Source: Daphnia carinata (taxonomy: Eukaryota). From it: DNA of 64,000 nucleotides. Positions 62,469-64,000 of this stretch are shown piece after piece. How positions within the stretch are numbered: position 1 is the first letter of the stretch; each line of letters starts with the position of its first letter. The notes under the pieces are model-generated. The model worked only from the letters and a program-made list of their open reading frames with translations, did not search any database and was not told the origin of the DNA. The position numbers and the translations under genes were made by a program. The stretch spans positions 6,138,001 through 6,202,000 of the forward strand of contig NC_081333.1 in NCBI RefSeq assembly GCF_022539665.2, read 5' to 3'.

Positions 62469-63589
62469 ATCGCTGGCAAATAAGGTTTTTCTCTTGAAAT
62501 TCGGAATTTTTCAGAAAACAATGCACTTGACTATTTCAGTCATCCTCTAGACGGTTGCTGATTCCACATACGCACCTCCGCAGTTATCATTTATGTCGAT
62601 TTCCAATGGCTACCCTACAGAGTAGGGTTAGGGCAGTCAGAAAACTAGCCATGACGTCATGCACTAGTCGGGGCATTGCCAGGTTTTTGGCCCATTGGAA
62701 CACATTTTTTGTCTTGGTGCAAGCAGACGCTCTTGTAACGCACATTTGTAAACAAAAAATGGCAGGTACTGAAAGTGTAGGTTGTAGTTTTTGTGTGGAG
62801 TGGTTGTAGATTGGTTTATGCCATTAATTGTGGAAAGTTTATTGTCTGCCGATGATATATTTTTTATTAAATTAGAATCTAGTAGGAAGTTTCCGATTAT
62901 TTGTACTTGTAATAATAAAGAAAATAAATATTTTCCTTTTAAAATTTTCAAGTTTTGTGTGTTCATCGTGTCATGCAGGCTTAGCAAGTATGTCCCAAAA
63001 GGCAGAGACTTGCTGTTTGTATTATTGCTTTGGATGCCAACGATGTATCTCGCAGTGAGTGAAATTTCTACATCATTTAATGATACTATAGAGATGTGTT
63101 TGCCATATGAATTACTTTAATGGAAAAGAATTTTAAACTATAGCAAAAAAATCGTGTTTATTAATATACTTAAAGTTGTAAACACATTTATTGTTTCTGT
63201 AACAATTTCATGAAACGAAAACAGCAAATGTTTTTGATTTTTCTGTGTTGTATAACAATGTTGCGTATCTCTAAAGAATCGCAATAGCTTTAAAGACCGA
63301 CAAATCTTAAAGCCCCTGGTTCCCCAATCTTGTACTAATAAGAAAACTAACGAAGTTTACAATACTGTATTAAACAGAAAAGGGGACTTCGTTTGACAAG
63401 TTTGGAGGGGATTTCGACAGCTGAGTGTCAATTACAAAGAACACAAAAAGAAGACTAAAAGAAGACTGATCTGGGTCGGCTTACAAAAGCCCCCAAGAAA
63501 ACAAAGGAAAAACAAAAGATAGTGAAGCGATAAGGGAGCCCTCTACATGGTCGTACCCTTACCGATCAAATCGGTGACAGCGGGCCCTT

Positions 63590-64000
63590 GTTCGTCACTT
63601 CGACGAACAATATTTAAATGAAGACACATTGCATGAAACAAAAAAGGGGGAATTTGGAGACTCAAATGCAAGGGAAAGAAATGTCGACCACAACACTCTA
63701 CTGATCACTCTGACGAGTGACGAAGCTGGTTCGACACAGCAACTGATGATGGGTAGCGCTGTTTCAGCGAAAGCAATGTCGAAGGTGAGTGCAGCTGGCT
63801 CCGATGTGTTTCGTCTCTCCAATGAAATCTCCCCTTTTCCAACAGCGGAAGCATAATGAGCGTCGGGCGGGCAGCTTTGCCCGTTCAGTGGCCGTCCATT
63901 CTTCGATAAAGACTTGGCACTGGTCTATGTTGTTTGGCGGCATGGTTTCCACATGATCCATGAAGCACGACACCGATGGCGTAAAGCGTGGAACGGCTAC
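63590..64000 (-). mobile_element. Probable BEL/Pao remnant (Cys/His knuckle ORF), runs off the window
   Basis: NIDQCQVFIEEWTATERAKLPARRSLCFRC resembles the BEL gag-type knuckle H..xxCxxF..ER....LCFxC. Confidence 0.4.

Overview
Eukaryotic, AT-rich DNA with very short introns, most likely a cladoceran (Daphnia or a close relative; inferred from the ETH peptides). Host genes: a kelch-repeat gene (KLHDC1/2-like, runs off the window start), PEX16, CHMP2A, the ecdysis-triggering hormone precursor ETH, and PPIE (RRM-cyclophilin). A 2.7-kb head-to-head CHMP2A-ETH unit is tandemly duplicated. In the second copy the ~0.7-kb shared promoter has expanded to ~33.7 kb through nested transposons: pogo > (solo LTR, Gypsy > MULE-like fragment); BEL/Pao > pogo > BEL/Pao > hAT; and a third, truncated pogo. 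The last ~18 kb holds decayed DNA transposons (P-like, pogo, MULE carrying a RING finger, EnSpm/CACTA) and a BEL remnant. The most unusual signal is inside the first pogo element: an array of about ten ~360-bp units, most pairing a copy of the element's own TIR core motif with a degenerate tRNA-shaped A-box/B-box module. All alignments and counts were done by eye, and no database was searched.
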